The notes below the pieces were generated by a model. It was given only the letters and a program-made list of their open reading frames with translations. It was not told the origin of the DNA and made no database searches. The translations under genes and the position numbers were made by a program. A stretch of 64,000 nucleotides of DNA, taken from positions 20,894,001-20,958,000 of the forward strand of contig NC_086121.1 in NCBI RefSeq assembly GCF_963921235.1, in the 5' to 3' direction. Every line of letters begins with the position of its first letter. The first letter of the stretch is position 1. This document shows, one piece after another, positions 12,316-23,675 of this stretch. The DNA comes from Mobula hypostoma (taxonomy: Eukaryota).

Positions 12316-12621
12316 ATTTGTTTCTGTAACGAGCAGAAAGGGCGAGTAGCAGAAGGTAAGCAATTTCCACAGGATAGATTCAGCAAAAGCTGGTCTGAGT
12401 GAGAGCATGGACACAGAAAATGCAGACACAAGCATGCAGATGCTGGAATCTGAACAACAAGGGACGAATAGATTACAAGCCTTGACTCGAAAGTTCGACA
12501 GTCCATCTCTTCATAGTTACTACCTGACCTGTTGAATTCCTCCAGCAGCTTTTCTGTTAAAAATACAATTGGAGAGTGCTGACAGTTTGCTTTGTTCGGT
12601 GTAAATTAATTGTAGACTCAC

Positions 12622-12680
12622 CTCCTCGATTAAGCTTTGTTTGATCTGTAATCCTTTCTTCGTTGTTTTAGTCAAAGAAA
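12622..12680 (-). CDS. MRTO4: MRTO4 exon 2
   Basis: (V)SLTKTTKKGLQIKQSLIEE; 59 nt. Confidence 0.95.
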
Positions 12681-12748
12681 CTGGAAAAATAAATATAGTC
12701 CCAAGTTAACGGATGGATTTAACAGAACCCAGGCTCTAAGCCTCCAGC

Positions 12749-12876
12749 AACACACATAAAAATTGCTGGTGAACACAGCAGGCCAGGCAGCATCTCTAGG
12801 AAGAGGTACAGTCGACGTTTCGGGCCGAGACCCTTCGTCAGGACTAACTGAAAGAACAGATAGTAAGAGATTACTA
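12749..12876 (-). mobile_element. Short Penelope pLTR insertion in MRTO4 intron 1
   Basis: pLTR sequence; 14-bp TSD tct(a/g)agcctccagc at 12735-12748 and 12877-12890. Confidence 0.9.
12810..12845 (-). ncRNA. Minimal hammerhead motif, sense to MRTO4 intron 1
   Basis: AGUC-CUGACGA-AGGGUCUCGGCCC-GAAAC-GUC-GACU intact. Confidence 0.75.
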
Positions 12877-12955
12877 TCTGAGCCTCCAGCTTTGGTTTTG
12901 CTGAAACTTTGGGACTTCGATAAACTGTTGGTCAGACAACAGGCCCCGCTCTTAC

Positions 12956-12983
12956 CTCGTTTGTCACGCCGGGATCGCGGCAT
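12956..12983 (-). CDS. MRTO4: MRTO4 exon 1 (coding part)
   Basis: Strong Kozak gccgccaccATG, MPRSRRDKR then GTAAG donor; the 8 exons total 705 nt = 234 aa + stop. Confidence 0.95.
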
Positions 12984-13514
12984 GGTGGCGGCGCTGTTCC
13001 TGCTTCAACGGCGAGGTGCACAGATCGGATCGGGGCTGTCGCTGCCCCGGAGGCCGGGTGTACTGGCCCGGTGGTTACTCGAGTTGCGTGGTGCTGTCAC
13101 TCTCCGGCACACCGGCCGACCGACCGACCCTACCGCTGAATCAGGTTACCTCACCCCGAGGCTTACTCGTGTCGACTGTCCAGCACTGAAGCCGTTAAAA
13201 GTTGGGTCTTGAAACAAAGCGACGCATGTTTGTCAATTCATCTAACTAATACAAATATTTCCCAAGCCGGAATTTGGAACCGTGCGGCCTTATTTAAGAT
13301 CGGGCCGAGGATCAGCTCAACTCACATTGAGATTCCAGACTCGACTCGACTCCCTTTGCTCTGTGGGAAACCGGAGGTCTCGAATTCCGGCACGTTCTGG
13401 GCGATTGGAGGACTCGGAGCGCTGTGTGTACTGGGATAGTGGAGGTCTCGGTTGCCCCGGCACGCTGGGGCCCGGATGCCAGTGCTCTCTGGGATATTGG
13501 AGGACCGGGGCGTG
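12984..13514. promoter_or_regulatory. CpG-rich bidirectional promoter / 5' UTRs shared by MRTO4 (-) and EMC1 (+)
   Basis: Divergent start codons about 530 bp apart; local CpG enrichment against a CpG-poor background. Confidence 0.8.
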
Positions 13515-13603
13515 ATGGTGGTTCTCTGTGGGATTTGGTTCTTTCTCGCTCTCTTTGAGTTTTCAGCGGCGATTTATGAAGATCAGGTCGGGAAGTTCGA
13601 CTG
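13515..13603 (+). CDS. EMC1: EMC1 (ER membrane protein complex subunit 1) exon 1, signal peptide
   Basis: MVVLCGIWFFLALFEFSAAIYEDQVGKFD(W) then GTGAGT; YEDQVGKFDW is the EMC1 hallmark. An in-frame upstream ATG lies at 13476. Confidence 0.93.
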
Positions 13604-14235
13604 GTGAGTCACTGAGAGGAGAGGGCATCACTCTAGGGCCAGTGCGGTTGTGATGAAGGCGGGTCAGTTTAGTATTTCGAAGATCACGATGTGGAAAGCG
13701 GAGAGAACTGGCCGGTGCGGCGCGGGCGATTTCTCCTCTCAGGTGCTACTGTTGGAGACGAATGCAATACGGGCAGGGCAGCAACCGTGGCACTGGTGGT
13801 GTCATCGATTTATTGGAAATCCCACCAATTTGGCTTCGGCTGCGTCCTACAAGAAAAGCTCAAAGCACTTTGGAAAGTCCATTGTAAGGTGGTATGCACT
13901 GAATGATCCAGTTTTAAAGGTTGTTTTGGAACAGAGACACAGAAAGTAGGTATGGAACAACTGCTTCCAGTGACAAGAGGTCGTAGATTAGTATATACAC
14001 ACAGTATGTTATCATCTGGAATGCACAGCCTGCAAGGATAGTGGAAGATTGTGAAAATGAGTTAGCGAATTTTGTAAAAAAAAATGTAAGGAAATGGTAA
14101 TAAATATTTATTTCAAATTAATACAGACGCAATGGGGCTAATGGCACTCTGAGTTAATGTTGTCAATGTTTCCACTACTCTAAAAGACCTGACCAGTATT
14201 TTGTCTCTACTGCACTGTTTCTGTTTTAATTAAAG

Positions 14236-14363
14236 GCGGCGACAGTATGTTGGGAAACCCCGGTTTGCCTATTTTGATACTCCTACACAGAGCGCAAAGA
14301 AACTTGTGGTTGTAACAGAGAATAATGTGATTGCTTCTCTCAACTTGAGGACTGGAGAGATCT
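14236..14363 (+). CDS. EMC1: EMC1 exon 2
   Basis: [42 protein letters not shown]; 128 nt. Confidence 0.95.
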
Positions 14364-14482
14364 GTGAGTGATGTGCAACTGACTTTGCTGTAATCGGTTG
14401 ATTTCTGTTGGATTGCAAAGTGTCAGCTTTTCTTCCAGATTGCAAACTGTCACCTTTTCCAGTGTTGTTTTTCCTTTTGCAG

Positions 14483-14548
14483 TTTGGCGTCAGGTGGATA
14501 AAGAAGGTCCTGAGGGGAATGTGGATCAGTTGTTATTTTATGGGCAGG
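14483..14548 (+). CDS. EMC1: EMC1 exon 3
   Basis: (F)WRQVDKEGPEGNVDQLLFYGQ; 66 nt. Confidence 0.93.
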
Positions 14549-14783
14549 GTGAGTGAGCAAGTTTTTTTTCTCCAAGCACCTGTGAAATCCCTAAGGGATT
14601 CATGGGTTCAATTCATACTTAAGTTGTGACGGTAATATTTCATCATTGTAAACTCACTGAACTTTACACAAACTTGTTACAAGTATCACCGTGAATCTAA
14701 TTTTAGTAGCATGCAATCTTGACATTCCCAGAATATTGAATTGAAATCTATTGCAGTTAGTCCCAGATATATTAGACTGATAT

Positions 14784-15208
14784 GCAACACACATCAAAGT
14801 TGCTGGTGAACGCAGCAGGCCAGGCAGCATCTCTAGGAAGAGGTACAGTCGACGTTTCGGGCCGAGACCCTTCATCAGGACTAACTGGATGAAGAGCTAG
14901 TAAGAGATTTGAAAGTGGGAGGGGGAGGGGGAGATCCAAAATGATAGGAGAAGGCAGGAGGGGGAGGGCTGGAGCCAAGAGCTGGACAGGTGATTGGCAA
15001 AAGAGATATGAGAGGATCATGGGACAGGAGGCCCAGGGAGAAGGAAAAGGGGAGGGGGAAAAAAACCCAGAGGATGGGCAAGGAGTATAGTGAGAGGGAC
15101 AGAGGGAGAAAAAGGAGAGAGAGAAAGAATGTGTGTATATAAATAAATAACGGATGGGGTACGATGGGAGGTGGGACATTAGCGGAAGTTAGAGAGGTCA
15201 ATGTCCAT
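14784..15208 (-). mobile_element. Penelope 3' end / pLTR (hammerhead motif at 14847-14882, CUGAUGA)
   Basis: High similarity to 9222-9650. Confidence 0.9.
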
Positions 15209-15299
15209 GTTATTGATTTCTGGACTGGGGAAGATAGTGTGGTGGGACTTGGAAAAGGTGACAGAGGAAATAAATTCAGAATTATAAGTAGAAAATTAA

Positions 15300-15925
15300 C
15301 TGTAAGATTCAAGATTGTGTTTTGTCCTTCAGTACACAAGCGTAAAGGAGAGGAAAATGATTAACTCCGAATCTGATGTAGCATAAGAAACACAATAAGA
15401 TTAAAGAACACGCAAAAGCAAATATACCACGATAAAAAAAGTATGAAAGCAGTCCTGTTTAAAAAAAAACAATTCATATATACAATAGGTACATTTAATA
15501 TCAGAGAAATGTATACAATATACATCCTGAAATTCTTTTTCTTTGCAAACATCTGCTTAAACAGAGGAGTGCCCCAAAGAACGAATGACAGTTAAATGTT
15601 AGAACCCCAAAGCCCCTCCCAACTCCCCCCCTCCAGCAAAAAGTATCAGCGCTCCCCCACTGATCACTCAAGCGTGCAGCAAAGCATCAATAAAGACACA
15701 GACTTGCAGTACCCCAAAGACTACTCGTTCACCCGGTAATTCGATATACCACAGGCTCTCTCTCTCTCTCCCTGGTAAGGAAAAAAGAGGTGTCCCCAAC
15801 TGATTGTATGTACATAAAGTGATGTTGGGGGATATGTATGTGGTGGCGGTGGGTGGGTTAATGGATGGAGGTGTTGATCAGCCTGACGGCTTCAGAGAAA
15901 CAACTGTTTTTGAGTTCAGTTACTT
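15300..15925 (-). mobile_element. Rex1/L2-type 3' fragment with a nested non-autonomous element (~15485-15800)
   Basis: Rex1-like 3' UTR and short-repeat tail; inner element has the same 3' motif as 55520-55800. Confidence 0.5.
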
Positions 15926-16050
15926 GACCACTCTGTTGGGGTAAAAAATGGACAGATGCCCTTTCAAGTTTGATTACTCAATACTGTATTTATTTCAAAT
16001 GTGGAGAGAGATTTTAGTGTATGCTGAGTGATTTATTACCATTCCCACAG

Positions 16051-16144
16051 ATGCAGTGACTGTATCGGGAGGAGGGCGATTGTTGCGCTCATGGGATACG
16101 AACATTGGTGGTTTGAACTGGGAATTCCTGCTTGAGATTGGCAG
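16051..16144 (+). CDS. EMC1: EMC1 exon 4
   Basis: (D)[30 protein letters not shown]; 94 nt. Confidence 0.95.
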
Positions 16145-16319
16145 GTGAGAACAACCTGTCCCTGTAGCATTGACATCCAGTGTAGCAAAGAGGTGATTCA
16201 CCTGTAGCATTTCATTTGTATCGTTGAGAACAATTGTTTCTCATATTTATTTGTTAATAGTATTTCCACCTTGTGTGATTGTGGTTATTTGTTGTGTAGT
16301 GGATAGTAATGTGATATTA

Positions 16320-16682
16320 ATATCATCATCATTGTGTGTCATGTACGATGTGGGCAATTATGGTCAATGATCATGATTGCTCTTGGCAAATATTTCTACA
16401 GAATGGTCTTTCATTGCCTTTTTCTGGGCAGTATCTTTACAAAGCAGGTGATCCCAGCCATTATCAATACTCCATAGAGATTGTCTGCCTGGCGTCAGTG
16501 GTTGCATACCCAGGACCTGTCATGTGTACCAGCTGCTCATACGACCATCCACCCCCTGATCTGGGGGGTGGGGGGGGGGCTAAGCAGGTGCTCAGCTTGC
16601 CCAAGGGTGACCTGCAGGCTAGTAGAGGGAAGCAGTGCCTTACACCTCCTTTGGTAAATATGTATCTCCACCCCACCACCCA
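16320..16682 (-). mobile_element. RTE-derived SINE-like element
   Basis: RTE/BovB-like motif aaggcaatgaaagaccattctgtagaaatatttgccaag and (GAT)n tail. Confidence 0.55.
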
Positions 16683-17183
16683 AATATCAATAAGGGAGAG
16701 TACCGAGTTGCCAAATTTCTTTTTTGCTCATCACCCATATCCACCTGAATTAATGGAGCCCCTTTGGCACTGAGCTAACATGTTCTGAGGTAGAAGGAGG
16801 AAAACTGGGGGGAAAAAACTCATTGATGTGGTTTTTCCCAGTGTTTCCCATTAATTATATTTGGAGGTTGAATGTGCAAAATGAAATATAGTTTGTTGTA
16901 TTGGACTGTCTCAGTGTCATTTAGCCATGAATGTGAAGAATGTGTAACATCCAAAACTGAATGGAACTCTTGTCAAGGTAAAACTAATAATTTGAAAATA
17001 ACTAACAATTATAGCACAATGAGTTGCATTTAACTGAGGGGCATTGTGGTTTAAGTAGAACGTTCCTGGTTATCCTTTAGTAGGTATTGTTTTAATATTA
17101 AGGTAATTAGTTGTTTTGCTGGTAGAGGGATTTAGGCTCATCGTTGCAACTTGTCCAATATATTTAAAAAAATGCTGTTTTAG

Positions 17184-17312
17184 TTTTCAGGCTGGTTCTC
17201 TTATTGGCTCTGTTGAAGGAGTCAGATTCATTGCCATTGTCAAGAAGACATCCATTTCCCTCCACTATCTCTCAAATGGACATCAGAAATGGATTGAAGC
17301 TTTACCAGAAAG
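17184..17312 (+). CDS. EMC1: EMC1 exon 5
   Basis: (S)[42 protein letters not shown]; 129 nt. Confidence 0.94.
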
Positions 17313-18327
17313 GTACAGAGATTGCATGTGAAATATTCTAGTGACTTGCTGATTGACCATTCTACTATTGATGTAAACAGAGGCAGGACAGTAAAGGAGA
17401 GCATTTGGAGAGATGTATTTATTATTGGAGAGACACATTGAATGATTAGCATGGTCAAATGCAATTCCCAATAATAGATATTTACCCTGATTTTTGAAAA
17501 ATAAAACAAACAATCCGAAGATGATTCCCAGCTTTCATGGTAAAGTGAGGTATTTGATGTGTTGAAGAGTCTTGGCCTGAAATGTTGACCATTTCCATAG
17601 ATGCTGCCTGACCTGCTGCGTTCCTTTAACATTTCCTGTGTGTTGCGTGTGTATTGTTGTTGAAATGAGTGGTGGACTGAAAAGGCACATGAAATCCAGT
17701 CCTTTGCCAATAATAATGACATGCATAATTTTTACAATGCTGTCAAAACCATCTACGGCCCAATAAATCGATGCGTTAATTGTTGTTATGTTGGAAATAG
17801 GTGGTAGCTCTTGCTCGCAGCAATATGTTGGTAACATGAAATATTAATTGAATTGAAAAGCTTAGTGAAGGCAAAAAAAAAGTGATACTTCCTCTTTGCT
17901 TTGGAAAAATGGCCATGGGATATTTAATGTCTGTCTGAGAAAGCAGAATGGGACCTTGATTTACTGTACTATCTGAAAAGTGAAACTTCCAATAGTGTAG
18001 CACTCTCCCAGAACTGTGAAGAATGACCCAAAAGCTTTGTGCTAAAGTGTCTATAGCAGCAAATAAACGTGGGGAATTCTGACTTGGAATTGAGAGTGAG
18101 CCACTGCTAACATACAACCTACAGAGATTAGCTGAATAGAAGATCAGTCATCAGGTATTCCAAGTGATGTGTCTCACGGACCCTGCGCTTTCAGTCTAAT
18201 GGCTTATTTCAAATGAGTGATGGATATTGTTTTATTTTAGTTCTTCTGCTTTGTTTGTTAGCTCTTCAATCTGAGCTCTGTGGTAGAAATAGCTGCTGTC
18301 TGTTCTGCTGTGAGGAATGTAAGTGCC

Positions 18328-18395
18328 ATCATGCTCACCGGGAATATCACTCCTGATGAAGATCATGCTCACCGGGAATATCACTCCTGATGAAG
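18328..18395. repeat. Perfect 34-bp tandem duplication
   Basis: atcatgctcaccgggaatatcactcctgatgaag x2. Confidence 0.95.
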
Positions 18396-18612
18396 GCTTC
18401 AGTACTCAGTCCAGCCACCTACACTTGTGAGAATAACAGGATGGTGATGACTTGTTGTAGTTGTGCAGTGACTGTACACCTTGTACTAAAATTGAGTATG
18501 TGGTCAAAGACGGGAGGATCTCTTAGTCTATTTGATTGTGCGGCTAAGGATGGCGAGACACCTGACACCCTTTGTGTGAGTTTACCAAGTATTTCTGTTT
18601 TTCTCCCCCCAG

Positions 18613-18739
18613 TGATACTGTCCATTATGAGCTGCTTTACTCGGGAGGAGGTGGTATGGTGTACGTGGTGGGAATGGTTGCTGGCTCTCGTCTTGTCATA
18701 ATTCAGTACGACGTTAATGATGGAAAGATCATCCAACAG
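18613..18739 (+). CDS. EMC1: EMC1 exon 6
   Basis: (S)DTVHYELLYSGGGGMVYVVGMVAGSRLVIIQYDVNDGKIIQQ; 127 nt. Confidence 0.93.
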
Positions 18740-18825
18740 GTGAGAGCGGGTTTGAAAATAGGAGTTCAGTGTAAAAGAATGTAATCCTTTGAATTGAATT
18801 GGAAAAATAACTGGTGAGTGTAAAG

Positions 18826-19061
18826 CAACACACATAAAAGTTGCTGGTGAATGTGGCAGGCCGGGCAGCATCTCCAGGAAGAGGTACAGTCAACATAGAA
18901 ATCTCTTACTAGCGCTTCTTTCAGTTAGTCCTGACGAAGGGTCTCGGCCCGAAACGTCGACTGTACCTCTTGCTAGAGATGCTGCCTGGCCTGCTGCGTT
19001 CACCAGCAACTTTGATGTGTGTTGCTTGAAATTCCAGCATCTGCAGATTTCCTCGTGTTTG
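18826..19061 (+). mobile_element. Fold-back mini Penelope (pLTR with 5' inversion); hammerhead motif at 18927-18962, sense to EMC1
   Basis: About 70-bp inverted arms; 14-bp TSD tggtgagtgtaaag at 18812-18825 and 19062-19075. Confidence 0.92.
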
Positions 19062-19814
19062 TGGTGAGTGTAAAGATCTGTGAGGATGGAGAGGGTAGCC
19101 TAAATTTAATGGTATAGGTTGAGGGAAGGCTGCCGATGCTCTCTATGATACTAATTTGGGTTAATATAAGATCTGAGATTCACTTCTATTTGAAACTACT
19201 GTAGGTCATTGCTGTGGGTGGTTGCTAGAGCATTAAATATAATCATACGTTGTATACATTTTCTTCTTTTGCCTCAATTTATTTCCCCCCCTATTTAGTT
19301 GGCTCCATGCAGGAGAAATCATGTATTGTCATTATACCCAAGCGGAAATTCTTAACGTGACTGGTTTCATTTTGTACCTCTATTTTCATCATACCGTAAT
19401 TCTAGTCAGAGTTTGTTCCATCCTTCCAAGCACACTGCTTGATTATGCATAAATGAAGGTTGCCCATTTAGGCACTCTGGATTATTGGCTAATAATTAGG
19501 TATCCATCCTAATCTCCTCTCTGAGGCAGATTATATGTTCCACCTGCTGGGTCCTTGTGTGTTCAGCCACTGGTCATACCAACAAACTAATTTGATAAAC
19601 CTGTTACAGAATCCCTCAGCTCTTTTTTACTTTGAGGAGACTTGAGCTAGGATTTGATGGCTGTTGTAGGTGCAGGTGATATAGTTGAATTTGGTATTTT
19701 AGTTAACTTCATATATTTGGGTGTATCAAATTGGAGATTATGATGAACCTTTCCAAAGAAATTAGTTAATGGTATATATTTTCTGAATGACAAGTTTCCA
19801 CTTTCTCTTTGCAG

Positions 19815-19964
19815 GTGACTGTATCAACTCCTTGGATCCAACGTTTGCGTAACGTTTGTGGAATTGTTGGGACTGGAGTCTTGATATGCATAGACTCTGG
19901 ATCTCATTCGCTCTGGGTTTTGCCATTGGAATCTGAACAAGAGTCTGTGCAGGTTGATCTACAG
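19815..19964 (+). CDS. EMC1: EMC1 exon 7
   Basis: VTVSTPWIQRLRNVCGIVGTGVLICIDSGSHSLWVLPLESEQESVQVDLQ; 150 nt. Confidence 0.93.
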
Positions 19965-21016
19965 GTGAGGATTCGGTGTTCCTCTGTTGCCAGATTGAGG
20001 TGGAGGTGCTTTAATAAACATTCAGATATCCCCTTGATCTTTACTAGTTCTCTTGGGTACAGCGAGTATTGGATTTTCTTTTTTGTCATGATTGTTTTTG
20101 CTATTTCCTGAAGAGTGGGCATCTTGTCACAGCCTTTCCAAAGTGCGAATGTGATCCATGGAAATGAAGGACAGATCTGTCCTCTTCTGTTTGAGGACGA
20201 GTTTGCCCGATATTTATTGTCTACCCAGTATGATCACCTGTGATGGGAGTCTGCCTCTTTCTGTATTTGAACAATGACAGAAATCCTTGCCAATGATGTG
20301 AACTGTCACTTTCCAATATCTTGTCATTAACATGATCCTTCCTACATTCTTCCACAACTGGCTCATGATTAGCGCATCATCTTGCGCATTAAGGTGATAA
20401 TATGTCCATAGACATTATCTGACAATGGTGGGACGTGACATCTTCCTCTGGCTGGTCGTGGGAGCCCATGCCTTTCCACATCTGGTTAGTGTTGGAACTT
20501 TGCCCTTCCACAACAGTCCAGTAGTGGGAGCAATCCTCTATTTGCATCTGGTTAATGCTTTTTTTTATCATGTAGCAAATGCCATTTAATATTTCACTTG
20601 CGGAACTAATAATGTTCTAGTTATATACATGAAATTCTGCTGTAATGCTTTATTACAAATGACTCCCCCCCCCCTTTGTTTTGGGGTTGTTGCATTCTTA
20701 AAGAACTTTGATTTTCTGTAACGTGAGCGGTGTCATCTGCATATGTGTCAAACATCAGTTTTTTTTCCACTCAGATTCTTTAAGAGCAAATTTTATTCCA
20801 TATCTCAGATTTTTGGGTTGTGAATTGTGTAAGGGCAAATTTCCATCACCCAAAGGGCCACACGGTGTTCATCAGTATTTCTTTTGCTGCAAAAGATGCT
20901 AATGATTGCTGGGTAGAACTGTATATCAGTAATTTCAGTATAAGTTTTGGAAGAGATGTTGGTGTTTTGCTCAGAATTGACCATTACCTTTATTTTTACT
21001 CCAATCCTCCCTCTAG

Positions 21017-21184
21017 TCTCTAGAGCTGGAACTAGCTGAGGAGTTTGAGGGAAGAGTTATAACAATTCAGTCATCACCACTGGTGGCATCGTCTACTCAA
21101 TTCTTCCTTCAGTTGTCGGGCACTCACTATGCGTTATTACATTTCCATGATGGCGTGGTCAGCCTGCTACGTGACTTCGCACAG
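21017..21184 (+). CDS. EMC1: EMC1 exon 8
   Basis: SLELELAEEFEGRVITIQSSPLVASSTQFFLQLSGTHYALLHFHDGVVSLLRDFAQ; 168 nt. Confidence 0.93.
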
Positions 21185-22539
21185 GTGAGAGTGATAAAAA
21201 TGTATATGTAGGTAAATGCTGATGTTCTGCCACAGATACCCGAGACCGTAACCCCAGCTATCTCTTATTTGGAGAATATCACTGAGTGGCCTCAATTGTA
21301 CTGGATTTTATTTTATTTTTTTCGTAGTACTTTTGAAGGTCAACTGTATGCTGGAGAAAAGTATGGTTATTGGTTTGGACTTAACACGTTGTAGATGACG
21401 TTGATCTTGATTGTTCTGTTGCCTATATATCTGTGTATGCTTCAGGGAGAAGGGTTTATCCTTGCTGGGTGCTTGAAGGTTAAATATTTCTGTGCAAATG
21501 AAGTTTATTCCAAGAAGCTTTAAAAATGTTAATTTGAGGATTGTGAAGGTTAAAGTTCAATTTCTTGAGTGTAACTTAAATGTTAGTATACATGTGGATT
21601 TTATTGAGATCCACTGACAAAGGCACACATATGGCCAATCCTAGTTCCTCTTTGAAAGTACTTGTGTTTCTATTTGAATTATTTGAAATTTTTACATTAA
21701 TATTGCTTCCAGAATTAGCGGTTGGGAAAGAGTTTTGGGATCCAGTAATGATATAGGAGCACTAATACATTCAAATTGGATGACACACAGCTTGGAGGTA
21801 ATGACGTTCAAGTTTATTGACGTCTGACTGTACATAAGTTCAGCCAAATGAAACAACGTTCCTCCTGACTATGGTGCACCCACAGAAAACATATCACACA
21901 CAGCACATAAAACAAAATATTGCCACATATAAGCTAATGAAGTATTCAAAATGTATGCATTACACAGCACAGGTAAACAGTACAGTAAACAGCTCGCTGT
22001 CCTAGTGACAAGACCGTGGTGGTGGCAGGGTATTTTCTAGCCAGTACTTCTATTGGCAAAGTGACCTTGGGGAAGTGCAATCACACTTCTTTAGACTGTG
22101 CACACTACTCTGTTGCTGGTGATTGGAGACCTGGGAGTGTGGATTTCAAGTTGATTAACAGGGGTACCATTCAGGTTTTCTGGCCATTTTTGGACAGCAT
22201 TGAACTTGTGAACACCGTGTCAAACCCCATTGAACAGGGTGCTGAGTATTCCGTCATCATCTCAATGAGTTACACAGATGTTAGAAAGGCTTTTTAGAGG
22301 TTTGAAGGTGAATCACTTGTGCCTACTTTTACAACCATGGTATCATGTAAACAGTCAAAGATAATCCTTCATAATAGTAAGTTTTACAAGTATGTCAGTG
22401 TTGTAGGTTTGGAGGTTAGTGTTCTTGGGCTTGTTTGTGCGATCTGATAGTGTTTCCCGCTTTGTAATTCAAAATGGAATGTTATTAAGGTATTTGTAAT
22501 CTTGTTCTTTCAAGCTTAATCTTATGTTCCTTTTTGTAG

Positions 22540-22611
22540 GCTATGCTCGCATCCTTTGCTACAAGCGGTGACAGGTTGGTGGCAGCTGTCATGACATCTA
22601 GGAACAAAACA
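22540..22611 (+). CDS. EMC1: EMC1 exon 9
   Basis: AMLASFATSGDRLVAAVMTSRNKT; 72 nt. Confidence 0.92.
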
Positions 22612-23675
22612 GTAAGGACCTTTTTAAACCTAAAGCAAAATTAATACTTTACCTGCTATGAAGGATATTTAATACTATGCATTTAGCATTTCCTATAGTT
22701 GCCTTCGAAGTATTTGCTGGTATGGTGTAGGGAAGTTTGCTCTCTACTGCAATTAGCCTTCCCCACATTATCCTGGTAAGCATCCTGAATAAGCACTGGT
22801 AACTAACCTGGAAATACGGATACAAGATGAGCAGTGCAACCTATCCGGGAGGATACAGAATTAATTAAGATGCTGAATCATGACAGATTAGTAGGGTGAG
22901 ATAATGTGGCTGTACAATGCAGGAACTAAATGAAACACAAAACAACATAAGCAGTAGAAACAGCTACCATGGCCACTTGTCTGTTTCCCCACTCTGAGAG
23001 CTGATCTGTTACCTCTGAGTTAGTTGTCTACACCAGACCTATTTTCCTTGATTTCTAAAAATCTATTGACCTCGGTGGAATTTTCAGTTCGGTTACCTGA
23101 AATTTTCTTAATTTCCAGGCCTTTTTTTGGCATTGTAAGGCTTTTCCTTTCATGTAATACGGTTTTTAACCCCTCTGAAAGCATTGCTCGACCACTTAGT
23201 TCCAGAGGAATACAGATGTAGGGCATTACTAGCTTACTGTCATACCTTTTCATGCAGTTTTCCAATTCACCATAATAACGTAGTTTCATAGCTTGCTTTA
23301 CTCAGATGTAAGCAGGAGATTTTAGATTGAGCTGAATAAATTTGCACTATTTTCCGATTCTATACTGTTATGATCAGAGTTTCCTCGAGGCTACTTACCC
23401 TACCTTTTACATTACTCAATATTGATTCTAAAATTAGTCTGTTTCCTGATTAATTCTTCAGCATTTTAATCCAGAAGATGATCTCTGATATGTTTTGCAG
23501 TCATCCTCTGTGCTATTATTGTTAATTTGTTTTGTCCAGTGAATATGTAATGTTCTCCAAAATTACGGTATTCTCTTATTACACGTATTTCTAATTTATT
23601 AATTTATATTAGGCCCTGCATTAACATTATTATTTAGGGATCTATGTATGATTCGTCTTATTTTTATATTATTTA

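Noticed and set aside
5783-12621. Intronic snoRNAs in MRTO4 (ribosome-biogenesis genes often host them)
   Set aside because: No convincing C/D or H/ACA box pair with terminal stem seen; a snoscan/Infernal search would be needed to exclude them
12763-13949. Several 70-150 aa ORFs over the MRTO4/EMC1 promoter
   Set aside because: Expected in GC-rich CpG islands; no recognisable homology
9186-19061. Recurrent ~100-bp repeats as a CRISPR-like array
   Set aside because: Dispersed, on both strands, with TSDs and in eukaryotic introns; they are PLE termini
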